From a virus (taxonomy: Duplodnaviria; Heunggongvirae; Uroviricota; Caudoviricetes): 53,744 nt of DNA. The stretch covers positions 1 through 53,744 of the IMG/VR virus record IMGVR_UViG_3300026549_000042; one strand, given 5' to 3'. This document shows, piece after piece, positions 1 to 9,816 of the stretch (its first letter is position 1; every line of letters starts with the position of its first letter). The notes under the pieces are model-generated. The model did no database searches and had not been told where the DNA came from. It worked only from the letters and a program-made list of their open reading frames with translations. A program made the position numbers and the translations under genes.

Positions 1-720
1 TTGTAAACCTTTAGCGCCAGTAGGACCTTGTTCACCTGTTATACCTTGAGCACCAGTAGCGCCTTGTACTTGTGTTGCACCCTTAGCACCAGTTACACCT
101 TGGATTGGAGCTCTTTGTACACCTTGTTTACCTTGAACCGCTACATGTGGATCACCTGTTACACCTTGAGCGCCTGTAGCTCCTTGTACTTGTGTTGCAC
201 CTTTAGCACCAGTTATACCTTGAATTGTAGGTCTTTGGGCACCTTGTAAACCTTTAGCGCCAGTAGGACCTTGTTCACCTGTTATACCTTGAGCACCAGT
301 AGCGCCTTGTACTTGTGTTGCACCCTTAGCACCAGTTACACCTTGGATTGGAGCTCTTTGTACACCTTGTATACCTTTAGCGCCATCATCGCTTGGATCA
401 CCTGTTATACCTTGAGCACCTGTAGCGCCCTGCACTTGTGTTGCACCCTTAGCACCAGTAACACCTTGGATTGGTTCTCTTTGAGGACCTTGTATACCTT
501 TAGCGCCATCATCGCTTGGATCACCTGTTATACCTTGAGCACCTGTAGCGCCCTGCACTTGTGTTGCACCCTTAGCACCAGTAACACCTTGGATTGGTTC
601 TCTTTGGGCGCCTTGTCTACCTTGCGCACCAGTAGGACCTTGTTCACCAGTTATACCTTGAGCACCAGTAATACCTTGATTACCAATTGCACCAATAATT
701 CCTGTTGATCCCTGTGCACC
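1..720 (-). repeat. Hierarchical tandem repeats encoding collagen triplets
   Basis: Near-identical blocks with a 243-nt period (1 vs 244) and a 123-nt period (364 vs 487), built from 9-nt Gly-X-Y units. Confidence 0.9.
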
Positions 721-1566
721 AAGAACACCTTTAGCACCAGATGGTCCCATATTACCACCAATGTCGTATTGATATTCCCAAGAATTATTTATTCTAGCAT
801 ATACATTATCATTATCAGTATTTACAAATATATCGCCATCTTGTACATCAGTAGTTGGTTGAGAAGACCCCCAAAATATTTTTGATCCTCTTTCTAATTT
901 ATTTAATAAATTATTTACTTGTGTTTTAGATGCTGCAGTACCAGTGGCCCCTCTTATTAATAAATCATATCCATTTTCTTCATTACCAGATATATTAAAT
1001 GTTGATTTTATTTGTGCCGCCTGCATTGTTTTTGCACTAGTATCCGTACCAGCCTTTATTTGTGCAGCAGACATAATTTTATATGTAGTATTAGAATTAT
1101 ATAATGTTCCAATTCTCCATCCTCCAGTTCCACTATTTAATGATGAATCATATACAAATAATGCTGTATATGATGCTCCAAACTGTGATGTAGATATCCC
1201 TGTTCCCGAAGCAACATAAACAGGTTTTGCACCAAGACTATTTATATTTAATGTCCATCCTTCAGCAGATGCAGTATTATTATTTGTTAATATACAATAA
1301 ATACCATCTTCTAATGTTGTAATGCCTGGTATTGATGCAGTTTTTGCTGTTTTTAATCCGCTTGCATCTCCAAAATATAAATGCTTTGCAATATTTGCAT
1401 TATTTGCAAAGGCAACGTTTTGATTATCAAAAACCTTAGTACCTTGCGCATAAATCGCAGCATTAGTATTTCCGACATTTTCAAATAATATATGATATTT
1501 GTCTGGATTACTAACACCGGTTGTTGAATATCCTAAATTAATATTACGAGTTATTGTTTCTGACAT
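1..1566 (-). CDS. Collagen-like (Gly-X-Y) tail fibre/adhesin, runs off the window start
   Basis: Hand translation from ATG at 1566 ([17 protein letters not shown]...[15 protein letters not shown]...) is open through the non-repetitive part. It becomes Gly-X-Y repeats ([20 protein letters not shown]...) from about 740 downward. Missing from the ORF track because no stop lies in the window. Confidence 0.85.
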   Translation of the reverse strand, partial: MSETITRNINLGYSTTGVSNPDKYHILFENVGNTNAAIYAQGTKVFDNQNVAFANNANIAKHLYFGDASGLKTAKTASIPGITTLEDGIYCILTNNNTASAEGWTLNINSLGAKPVYVASGTGISTSQFGASYTALFVYDSSLNSGTGGWRIGTLYNSNTTYKIMSAAQIKAGTDTSAKTMQAAQIKSTFNISGNEENGYDLLIRGATGTAASKTQVNNLLNKLERGSKIFWGSSQPTTDVQDGDIFVNTDNDNVYARINNSWEYQYDIGGNMGPSGAKGVLGAQGSTGIIGAIGNQGITGAQGITGEQGPTGAQGRQGAQREPIQGVTGAKGATQVQGATGAQGITGDPSDDGAKGIQGPQREPIQGVTGAKGATQVQGATGAQGITGDPSDDGAKGIQGVQRAPIQGVTGAKGATQVQGATGAQGITGEQGPTGAKGLQGAQRPTIQGITGAKGATQVQGATGAQGVTGDPHVAVQGKQGVQRAPIQGVTGAKGATQVQGATGAQGITGEQGPTGAKGLQ

Positions 1567-1641
1567 TATTTAAATAAAAATTAAATATTGTTTTAATACT
1601 ACTTATTTATTAAAAATAAAATAAAAAGAATATTTAAATAC

Positions 1642-1671
1642 AAAAAATGAGGATTTTTAATAATCCTCATT
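1642..1671 (-). terminator. Intrinsic terminator
   Basis: AATGAGGAT/ATCCTCATT hairpin with an A-tract (U-tract on minus) downstream of the 1711-2667 gene. Confidence 0.7.
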
Positions 1672-1710
1672 GTCATAGTAAAATTAAATTAATTAGTTTT
1701 ACATATTTAT

Positions 1711-2667
1711 TTATATATTTATAAAATGTGATGTTTTATTATTCCTTTTATTTTCAATTTCTTCAAACTTTTTTAATGCTTCTTCGGAAGGTGTGTCTTC
1801 TTCAGGTTCTTCTACTTCTTTATTTTCTTGATCATTTTCAATTTTATTTTCTTGATCCTTTTCAATTTTATTTTCTTGATCATTTTCAATAATATCTGGT
1901 TTTATATCATCTTCTTTAGAATCTTCTTTAATTTCTTCTACATTATCTACATTATCTATATTATCTATATTTACTTTATCAGAACCATCAGAATCAGTAT
2001 CTTCACTAAGATTATTTTCTATCTTCTGAACATCTGTATTTATTAAATTATTTTCGGTATTTTGAGATAAACTATGGGATAAATTGTTTATCTCTTGTTC
2101 GTTATCTGTTAAATAATTAGTAATCATTGAAGTTAATAGTAACGCAGCTATCGGTAACAGCGCTCCAACGAGATAAACAATTATAACATTTGCCTGATCA
2201 TCTGGAAGATCTGTCCAAATAAATATTGGTTCTTTAAAATAACGTAAATTATCGACAGAATTTGTTATAATATATTTATATGAACTATATACATTACCAA
2301 TTACTTGTACTAATGTAAACATAGTCATAAGTATCCAAGGCATAATTCTTGATCTATCTTTTACAGAAGTTAATAAACTAAATAATACTGCAGCTTGTCC
2401 AACTTCAAATGCAAATGCTAGTATAATACTCATCCATGAATTATTAGCAAGACCAAAGAATGATACAGCATGGAAAAAGCTGCTAAAAGCCACGATCAGA
2501 TAAAGTAATCCAAATAATCCTATATAAATTGTTTTCTTTGTTAATTTCATAATCATTAAAAAATAAAGTTCTATTTTAAAATAGAACTTTACAATATATT
2601 TATTAAATGTAATATTAATTAAAAATAAATTAAATAAATTTTTTATGCATTTACATCTCCTTTTCAT
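1711..2667 (-). CDS. Hypothetical multi-pass membrane protein with acidic C-terminal tail
   Basis: About four hydrophobic segments, then a D/E/N/K-rich low-complexity tail. True start is probably the internal Met (MIMKLTKK). Confidence 0.75.
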   Translation of the reverse strand: MKRRCKCIKNLFNLFLINITFNKYIVKFYFKIELYFLMIMKLTKKTIYIGLFGLLYLIVAFSSFFHAVSFFGLANNSWMSIILAFAFEVGQAAVLFSLLTSVKDRSRIMPWILMTMFTLVQVIGNVYSSYKYIITNSVDNLRYFKEPIFIWTDLPDDQANVIIVYLVGALLPIAALLLTSMITNYLTDNEQEINNLSHSLSQNTENNLINTDVQKIENNLSEDTDSDGSDKVNIDNIDNVDNVEEIKEDSKEDDIKPDIIENDQENKIEKDQENKIENDQENKEVEEPEEDTPSEEALKKFEEIENKRNNKTSHFINI

Positions 2668-2713
2668 GCATATTGTTATTTTTAATTAAATTAATATTAA
2701 ATTTTAAAATAAA

Positions 2714-4090
2714 ATGGATAAAATTTTTGAAGAAATTGATAATTATGTAAAAAATCATAAAATTATATTATGGAGTAAATTTAATAATGAATGGAAAGAA
2801 TATTTATTAAACTATTGGGGTGATTGCACTTCTTTAAAAGAATCATATTTAAGAATAAAATATAATATTATTAATGTTCCAAAATGTAAGTGTTGTAATA
2901 ATAATGCTAAATTTATTGGTACAAAATCACATATTTATGCAAATACATGTGGAAATGCTGAATGTAAATCAAAAAATATATCTAATATTTTATTAAATTT
3001 ACCCGATGAAAAGAAAAAAGAAATAAGTAATAAGGTGAAAAAAACATGCATTGAAAAATATGGAATAAAACGAGAATCATGTGTAAATAAAATGAAACAA
3101 ACATGTCTAAAAAAATATGGTGTAGATAATGCAGCAAAATCTCAAATAATAAAAGAAAAATATAAACAAACATGTCTAAAAAAATATGGTAAAAAATCTT
3201 TTACAGAAACGGATATACAAAAAGAAAAATCAAGAAAAACAAAATTAGAAAGATATGGAAATGAATGGTATTCTAATCGTGAATTAGCTGTATTACATAC
3301 TAATTATGATATAGTGCAAGAAAAAGCTAAGAAAACTAAATTGGAAAGATATGGGGATGAATGGTATTCTAATCATGAAAAGGCCAGAAAAACTAAATTA
3401 GAAAGATATGGAGATGAGTGGTATTCAAATCATGAAAAGGCAGTATTACATACTAATTATAAAGAAATTGTTAAAAAAGGTAAAAAAACTAAATTAGAAA
3501 GATATGGGGATGAAAAATATAATAATATGGAAAAAACCAAAAAAACAAAATTAGAAAAATATGGAAGTGAAACATATGTAAATCCAAATAAAGCCAAAAA
3601 AACATGTATAATAAAATATGGAGTTGACGCTTGGTCAAAAACAAAAATTGGAAAAGAAACAATATCAAAAAATATGAATAGTTTAGCTGTTCAGAATAAA
3701 ATAAATGAAACAAAACGAAAGAATCATACATTTAATACTTCAAAAATAGAAACGGAATCGTATAAATTATTAAAAGAAAAATATCCGGATGTACTATATC
3801 AATATAAATCAGATAAATATCCTTTTGTTTGTGACTTTTATATACCAAGTTTAGATTTATATATAGAATGTAACTATCATTGGACACACGGTGGAAAACC
3901 TTATGAAGGAACAGAAGAAGATATAAATAAAATAAAATTATGGGAATCTAGAAATACTAAATTCTATAATAATGCTATAAACTGTTGGACTGTACGAGAT
4001 GTTAAAAAGAGAAATATCGCTAAAGAAAACAACTTAAACTACTTAGAATTTTGGGATATAAATAAATTGAAAAAATGGTTAGATAATTAG
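2714..4090 (+). CDS. Free-standing homing-endonuclease-like protein (Zn-ribbon, K/RYG repeats, C-terminal Vsr/DUF559-like nuclease)
   Basis: CxxC...C...C cluster; many KTKLERYG/KTCxxKYG repeats; C-terminal CDFYIPSLDLYIECNYHWTHG. Lies opposite to its neighbours and ends in TAG. Confidence 0.75.
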   Translation: MDKIFEEIDNYVKNHKIILWSKFNNEWKEYLLNYWGDCTSLKESYLRIKYNIINVPKCKCCNNNAKFIGTKSHIYANTCGNAECKSKNISNILLNLPDEKKKEISNKVKKTCIEKYGIKRESCVNKMKQTCLKKYGVDNAAKSQIIKEKYKQTCLKKYGKKSFTETDIQKEKSRKTKLERYGNEWYSNRELAVLHTNYDIVQEKAKKTKLERYGDEWYSNHEKARKTKLERYGDEWYSNHEKAVLHTNYKEIVKKGKKTKLERYGDEKYNNMEKTKKTKLEKYGSETYVNPNKAKKTCIIKYGVDAWSKTKIGKETISKNMNSLAVQNKINETKRKNHTFNTSKIETESYKLLKEKYPDVLYQYKSDKYPFVCDFYIPSLDLYIECNYHWTHGGKPYEGTEEDINKIKLWESRNTKFYNNAINCWTVRDVKKRNIAKENNLNYLEFWDINKLKKWLDN

Positions 4091-4096
4091 TCAAAG

Positions 4097-4122
4097 AAAC
4101 CAGAAACTTAAGTTTCTGGTTT
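4097..4122. terminator. Bidirectional terminator, perfect 26-bp palindrome centred on CTTAAG
   Basis: AAACCAGAAACTT-AAGTTTCTGGTTT between convergent genes. Confidence 0.75.
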
Positions 4123-4130
4123 ATAAAGTA

Positions 4131-4649
4131 TTATTTTCTATATTCTAATGAATCTTCTTTAAATATAATTTCAATAGGATATTTGTTATTGTTATTTGAT
4201 TCTGCTGCCTTAAATATATCTACTAATTTTTCTTTAACATTATCATCAGTAACACCAACCATATCAAATCTGTCAAATTCAATATGATACATTAGATTTT
4301 TTATTTTGAAATAATCTAATTTAACATCATCTCCTAATTTAGAATCATATTTTTCATCCCATTCAATATATTCTTTAGGTTCTACAGATAGATGTTCAAA
4401 TGAATCATAATCAAAATATACATCTGCAATACTATCTGAATTATTTCCGAAAAATTTTCTAGCATAGTCATCATATGATGGAAGTTCATTCATCCATTTA
4501 TCACTCATGTAAATTTGAATGTCTGATTCGGAATAAGTTTCAGGACATTGCAGTATAATTTCTTCCGGTTGTACTGAATATGTAACTTTTACAGAATTTA
4601 ATCTATAGTTTTCTACAGCTTCATTTATATATTCTTTAAGTGTCTTCAT
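4131..4649 (-). CDS. Hypothetical protein with MKxLxxxINE-type leader (possible internal head protein)
   Basis: 172-aa ORF starting MKTLKEYINEAVE. Confidence 0.7.
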   Translation of the reverse strand: MKTLKEYINEAVENYRLNSVKVTYSVQPEEIILQCPETYSESDIQIYMSDKWMNELPSYDDYARKFFGNNSDSIADVYFDYDSFEHLSVEPKEYIEWDEKYDSKLGDDVKLDYFKIKNLMYHIEFDRFDMVGVTDDNVKEKLVDIFKAAESNNNNKYPIEIIFKEDSLEYRK

Positions 4650-4657
4650 TATAATAT

Positions 4658-5833
4658 TTAATCATATATTTGTGCAGATGAATTCAAACAGTATTCGTCA
4701 TTTTCATCTCTTGTATGTCTATCCATATCATTAAGACATTCCTTTGTCAATTCATAAACATCTTTAAGCTTTGCAAATACAGTCTTATCATTTTGTATAA
4801 AGTTATTGACCTTCATACAATAATATGTAATTGATGAATTTGATACATTATATTTGCTTGCCAATTCTTTGTTTTGAAGTTGCTTATAGTCATTAACTCC
4901 ATAGAAACTACACCAAATATCAAATACCTTTTGACCAAACTTATCAATTATTGCATCATATATTTCTTTCCAAAGCTTATCAAGATCTTGCTTATCTAAA
5001 TCTGTATCTGCATATTCTTGCGCATCAATAAAATCAAATACAGTCTTGTTACCATCATCACTATTGTTAATACCTACTTTCTTATCACCAGATATTGATT
5101 TATTTTTAGATATCTTACCAGTTTCTTTCTTTTCTGCATTTTGTGCTGATATAGGAACTCTAACCGTATGAGCTGTTGTTCTAATTTCTCCAAGAATCCA
5201 GTGATGAATTATTTGTGCAGCATATTGACCAAAGGTATATTGCATAATTTTCTTATCTTCTGCTTTAGTCTTATCTGAACGTTTCCCATATCCTTTCATT
5301 GCATAGATAAGACCCATATTTGCTGCTGATTTAAGATCATCATATTCCAAAGTAGACTTACCATAGAATTGACGAACAATCTTATGTACTAATGGTTCAT
5401 AACGTTTAATGATATCTGTCTTTCCTGCTTCAGAATCTAAATCTAGAATGACTTTATCAGCAGGAACTTTATAGTCAATTATGGAATCAAATTCTTCTTT
5501 TGTTTGGAGAACTGGTATTTCAAGAATTCTACCAGACTTGTAAACTGTTTCTATTTTCTTCCACAATTCTTTTAAGTTTTCTTTCTTAGGTTCTCCTGCA
5601 TTATAGAAACCTGCAAGAGCATTTTCTTCATTATCAGTAGACAATTCAGAAATATAATCTTTATTATTTACAATCAAATAATTAATTATATCTTTTGTTT
5701 CATCAGACAAAAAGTTATTTGCTACTTTTAAATACTTTTTAAGATCTTCTACAGATAAATAATTGACTGCATTTTCTTTTACATTAATTTTGTTAGCTTT
5801 AATGGCTTCGTTAAATTGTGTCAATTTTCTCAT
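4658..5833 (-). CDS. Sigma70-family RNA polymerase sigma factor with N-terminal extension
   Basis: Region 2 (RYEPLVHKIVRQF...DDLKSAANMGLIYA...FGQYAAQIIHHWI), a VRVP motif and a region 4 HTH (LQNKELASKYNVSNSSI). Confidence 0.8.
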   Translation of the reverse strand: MRKLTQFNEAIKANKINVKENAVNYLSVEDLKKYLKVANNFLSDETKDIINYLIVNNKDYISELSTDNEENALAGFYNAGEPKKENLKELWKKIETVYKSGRILEIPVLQTKEEFDSIIDYKVPADKVILDLDSEAGKTDIIKRYEPLVHKIVRQFYGKSTLEYDDLKSAANMGLIYAMKGYGKRSDKTKAEDKKIMQYTFGQYAAQIIHHWILGEIRTTAHTVRVPISAQNAEKKETGKISKNKSISGDKKVGINNSDDGNKTVFDFIDAQEYADTDLDKQDLDKLWKEIYDAIIDKFGQKVFDIWCSFYGVNDYKQLQNKELASKYNVSNSSITYYCMKVNNFIQNDKTVFAKLKDVYELTKECLNDMDRHTRDENDEYCLNSSAQIYD

Positions 5834-5914
5834 ATTTATTCAATTTATAAAAATATTATTATCTAAATATTATAATTTTTTTGAAAAAATTTAAATTTTT
5901 CTAATAAATTTTCC

Positions 5915-5935
5915 TATTTTTATATATAAAAATAA
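5915..5935. promoter_or_regulatory. Palindromic, bidirectional copy of the putative late-promoter motif
   Basis: TATTTTTATATATAAAAATA (5915-5934) is a perfect 20-bp palindrome between divergent genes. It overlaps the 15-mer (5921-5935) also found upstream of four structural genes. Confidence 0.65.
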
Positions 5936-5955
5936 CATATAATTATCATCCATAT

Positions 5956-6492
5956 ATGAAATTTATAGTATCAATTATTTCATCCATATATAATTTAACA
6001 TTAACGTCAAAATTATTAGGCATATTTACTTCAACATATCATTATATAAAGGATTATAACAATATATCTGATTTCTTTTACGGAGAAACATTCAAAAAAC
6101 TTATTAAACAATATTTACATGTTGAACTTAAGAAAGATTGGATTGGTCGTTTGTATGGAATAATTAATCCAAATATTGATATTGATGGAAATTTCAATGT
6201 AAATAGTATGGTAATAGAAATAAATGATGAACTGTCAAATAATAATGAATATGTTATGAATTGGTTATATAAACAATTAAATTTAGTTGCAACTTTATTT
6301 AATATACAAAATCTATATAACTATATTAATATGGATATACAACATGTTGGACCAATAAATGGAGACAATTATTTGATTATTTTTGATATTGCATCTAGAC
6401 GTAATATAGGTAAGTATTTTAAGCAATTTATTATTCAGGCTTTAATATATGCAATTATAGGATTTGGGATATATTATTTTCTAATATCCTAA
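5956..6492 (+). CDS. Hypothetical protein with C-terminal transmembrane helix
   Basis: 178-aa ORF ending QALIYAIIGFGIYYFLIS. Confidence 0.7.
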   Translation: MKFIVSIISSIYNLTLTSKLLGIFTSTYHYIKDYNNISDFFYGETFKKLIKQYLHVELKKDWIGRLYGIINPNIDIDGNFNVNSMVIEINDELSNNNEYVMNWLYKQLNLVATLFNIQNLYNYINMDIQHVGPINGDNYLIIFDIASRRNIGKYFKQFIIQALIYAIIGFGIYYFLIS

Positions 6493-6527
6493 TTGTATGC
6501 ATACAAATATATATAATTCAAATTTAA

Positions 6528-7037
6528 ATGAAAAAGGCAAAAGACAGTGAAAAGGATTTGCAGAAGTTTGCAGATTCATTAAAGAAAAAAACATTAGAAG
6601 AACTTGAACAATTAGAAAAGGAAATTATTGCAGAGGCTGATAAGAATGGAGAAGATCTTGGTAAGATGGAATTTGATATGCCAAGAGAAAATTATGAAGT
6701 TGTTGCTGAAAACATCAGAAAGTTTTTGAATAAACAAAGTGTACAATGGCAATATACTTTAGGTCTTGTTAGTATGTATGATTTCTGGGATCCTCAAAAT
6801 TATAAAGGAAAGATTCCATATCCTTATCTTGATTCTATTCTTCGTACATTAGGAGGTCTTAACTATACAGGTTATGATGAGTGGGCTGCTGTTGTAGCTA
6901 TCAATAAGTTTTTTGAGCCATTACATAAAGCATATATGGAAGCAACCAATACAACATATGAAATTGCTGGCCGTCATGATGCGGTTATGAAAGAAATGGA
7001 AGCAAAGACCCCTATAGGTAATAAGGCTGCTAATTAA
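6528..7037 (+). CDS. Hypothetical protein
   Basis: 169-aa ORF with natural composition, followed by a terminator. Confidence 0.75.
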   Translation: MKKAKDSEKDLQKFADSLKKKTLEELEQLEKEIIAEADKNGEDLGKMEFDMPRENYEVVAENIRKFLNKQSVQWQYTLGLVSMYDFWDPQNYKGKIPYPYLDSILRTLGGLNYTGYDEWAAVVAINKFFEPLHKAYMEATNTTYEIAGRHDAVMKEMEAKTPIGNKAAN

Positions 7038-7054
7038 ATAATGTTTTCATAAAT

Positions 7055-7092
7055 ATGGGATAGTCTGCTTTATGTAGATTGTCCCATTTTTT
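7055..7092 (+). terminator. Intrinsic terminator
   Basis: ATGGGATAGTCTGC...TGTAGATTGTCCCAT hairpin plus T-tract. Confidence 0.65.
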
Positions 7093-7103
7093 ATTTTTAT
7101 CAC

Positions 7104-7319
7104 ATGGCAAAAAGAAAAATAAAGATAAAGCCTGCATCATTACTTGGTCTAAATGACAAACTTCATATGTGTTATAATTGTGTATTTAGACATATAGATA
7201 CTGGATTTTGTCCAATGTTTAATGATTATTATGACTATAATCACATGTGTAAGACCGACAAAATATTTAGATATAGATTTGACTTAATTGATAAAGGATA
7301 TAAGAACCCAGAAATATGA
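7104..7319 (+). CDS. Small Cys-containing hypothetical protein
   Basis: 71 aa, CxxC..C..C; ATGA overlap with the next gene. Confidence 0.6.
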   Translation: MAKRKIKIKPASLLGLNDKLHMCYNCVFRHIDTGFCPMFNDYYDYNHMCKTDKIFRYRFDLIDKGYKNPEI

Positions 7320-8965
7320 AGAAGCAATTAGTATTTTACTTTTATATATATCAACAAAACTATAGTTTATATAATGATTTTATAAATACATTTAATACAC
7401 ATTTAAAATGTTTGCAAAATTATATTGATATTTTTGATTCATATAAGTTTATATTGTCTTTTGATAATTTAAATGATACTGAATATATAAACAAATATAA
7501 ACATTATATAGTTGATTATCTTAAGTTAAATAATAAGAATGTTGAATTTGTTATTGTACAAAATAATATAGATTTTAGAGAAGGAATATATTTTTACAAA
7601 GAAATCATATGTAAACTAGAAGAATATGATGGATTAGTTTGTTTTGGACATGGAAAATATGATCTTTTATATAATAGAGATATCGTATATAAATGGTTAT
7701 GTATGTTGCATTTTCAATTATTTAATGATATAGATAATATTATTGACAGATTTAATACTGACAACATATCATTTTTTGGATCATTGCCTATTATGATTAC
7801 ATTACAAGGTGGTAAAACATTAGAAATTATTTCATATTATAATGGGTCATTTTATTGGTTATATCCAAAAAGAATATTAGAAAAATACAATCAATTTATT
7901 TTGTATATTAAATGTGTTATTGATAGAATTATTAAAAATAAAATACAAAATGCTTATAAACTTATTTATGAATTAGCTGAAAGGTTTATAAATATTGTAT
8001 CAAATGTTTATAATGAAGGCTATCAAGGAAATATGATATGGCAAACTTATTTTAAAAAATATGATGATTTACTAGATTATTATGATATATTTGGACATTC
8101 AGTACTTGGTCCTAATGATGTATATAAAAATAAATTAGTATATGAGTATTCAAATATTTTTGATGATAATACATTTAAAAAGTTCTATAATTTTTATAAC
8201 AAAATAATTTCATATAATTATAAACTAATACCTAAATTAAATAATAAATGTATAATTGTAATACCATTGTATAAATATAAATTAAGTTATTATGAATTAC
8301 AAAGTATAACTAAAGTTACAGAATCTTTTGCAAATAAATATGATATTATATATTTAATTGATAATGATTTTGATATAGAAAAATTTAATAATGATAATAA
8401 TTTAAATATTGCAAATATCTTAAAATTAAATATATATAAATTAAATAGTATTAATTCATATAATAGACTTTGTCTTGAAAAAACATTTTATGAGATATTT
8501 GATAATTATACATATACATTAATATATCAATTAGATGCATATATATTGAATGAAAAATTGTTAGATGAATTTATTGACAAAAATTATGATTATATTGGTG
8601 CACCTATTGATATATCTGATCGTAATGATGATGAATTAGAATATTTCCCAAAGAAGATATATTATAATGGAGGATTAAGTTTACGAAAAAATAGTTTTTT
8701 TATAAATATATTAACAAATTTTAAAGAAGTATCTTTCTTTTTAATTAATGTAAATAATAATGAAGATTTATTATTTAGTTCATTTGTACAATTAAATGGT
8801 ATATGTGCTAATTATGAAGATGCATTGTTATTTTGCATGGATAATCAAATAGATACAATTTTAGATAAAATATCGGAAAAACCATTTGCGGTACATCATT
8901 TTGGTGTAAAGGATGATAATGGACATAATAAAATAGAACTAATGAAAGAATTAGGTTGGATATGA
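7316..8965 (+). CDS. Two-domain glycosyltransferase-like protein (paralogue domain 1 + DUF5672-like)
   Basis: N-terminal half shares REGI/YDGLV.GHGK/GSFYWLYPK with the next two genes. C-terminal half has YQLDAY...YDYIGAP...NGGLSLR...NEDLLF. Confidence 0.7.
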   Translation: MKKQLVFYFYIYQQNYSLYNDFINTFNTHLKCLQNYIDIFDSYKFILSFDNLNDTEYINKYKHYIVDYLKLNNKNVEFVIVQNNIDFREGIYFYKEIICKLEEYDGLVCFGHGKYDLLYNRDIVYKWLCMLHFQLFNDIDNIIDRFNTDNISFFGSLPIMITLQGGKTLEIISYYNGSFYWLYPKRILEKYNQFILYIKCVIDRIIKNKIQNAYKLIYELAERFINIVSNVYNEGYQGNMIWQTYFKKYDDLLDYYDIFGHSVLGPNDVYKNKLVYEYSNIFDDNTFKKFYNFYNKIISYNYKLIPKLNNKCIIVIPLYKYKLSYYELQSITKVTESFANKYDIIYLIDNDFDIEKFNNDNNLNIANILKLNIYKLNSINSYNRLCLEKTFYEIFDNYTYTLIYQLDAYILNEKLLDEFIDKNYDYIGAPIDISDRNDDELEYFPKKIYYNGGLSLRKNSFFINILTNFKEVSFFLINVNNNEDLLFSSFVQLNGICANYEDALLFCMDNQIDTILDKISEKPFAVHHFGVKDDNGHNKIELMKELGWI

Positions 8966-9816
8966 AGAAACAATTAGTATTTTACTTTTATATATTTCCA
9001 GAATGGACAGAAATAAATGAAAGATTTCTGTTTCATTTAAAATGTCTTAAGTCAAATATAACAATTTTTGATACATATAAGTTTATATTGTCTTTTGATG
9101 ACTTGACTAATGTTTCTTTCATAGAGTTTTATAAGAAATACATAGTTGATTATTTAGAATTATATAATAAGAATGTAGAATTTGTCATAGTACAAAATGA
9201 TAAGAAATATAGAGAAGGTATACATTGCTATAATGAATTAGTTTCAAAACTTAATGAATATGATGGATTAGTATTTTGGGGACATGGCAAATATGATTTA
9301 AATACTAATTTTGACTTAATTAATTATTGGGTATCTTTCATATATTTTATAAATCTATTTAGTAATAATGATATAGAAAATAATCTAATATATGGAGATA
9401 AATGTATCTTTGGAGCATTATTAAACTATTATGATGGTAATAAATCTCATCTTTTATATGATGGTTCATTCTATTGGTTATATCCTAAAAAAATAATATA
9501 TAAATATAAGGATAACTTAGAAAAATATATACAATTTATTGATATATGTTCTCAGTATGATCAATATAAGGAAAATTATGATCATTTATATGGATGTGCT
9601 GAAGATTGGTATAGACATATATTATCTATTACCGATTATGCATATAATAGTAAAGTACCTTTAAATATGCACAATATTATTCATAATGACTATTGGTATA
9701 TTACGCCAAGTTATTGTCCATATCTTTATAAAGATTCTATATATTTGCATTCATATTCTAAAGAGACTTTTGAACAATTTGAAAAATATCATGAAAATAT
9801 CATTAATGGGTTATAA
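8962..9816 (+). CDS. Glycosyltransferase-like protein, paralogue 2
   Basis: Starts MKKQLVFYFYI like 7316; the ATG at 8962 overlaps the upstream TGA. Confidence 0.75.
   Translation: MKKQLVFYFYIFPEWTEINERFLFHLKCLKSNITIFDTYKFILSFDDLTNVSFIEFYKKYIVDYLELYNKNVEFVIVQNDKKYREGIHCYNELVSKLNEYDGLVFWGHGKYDLNTNFDLINYWVSFIYFINLFSNNDIENNLIYGDKCIFGALLNYYDGNKSHLLYDGSFYWLYPKKIIYKYKDNLEKYIQFIDICSQYDQYKENYDHLYGCAEDWYRHILSITDYAYNSKVPLNMHNIIHNDYWYITPSYCPYLYKDSIYLHSYSKETFEQFEKYHENIINGL

Noticed and set aside
28-1219. Plus-strand ORFs 28-249, 271-708 and 944-1219
   Set aside because: Antisense shadows of the collagen-like gene on the minus strand.
8956-9806. ORF-track starts at 8956 and 9686
   Set aside because: Paralogue alignment and stop/start overlaps favour ATGs at 8962 and 9806.
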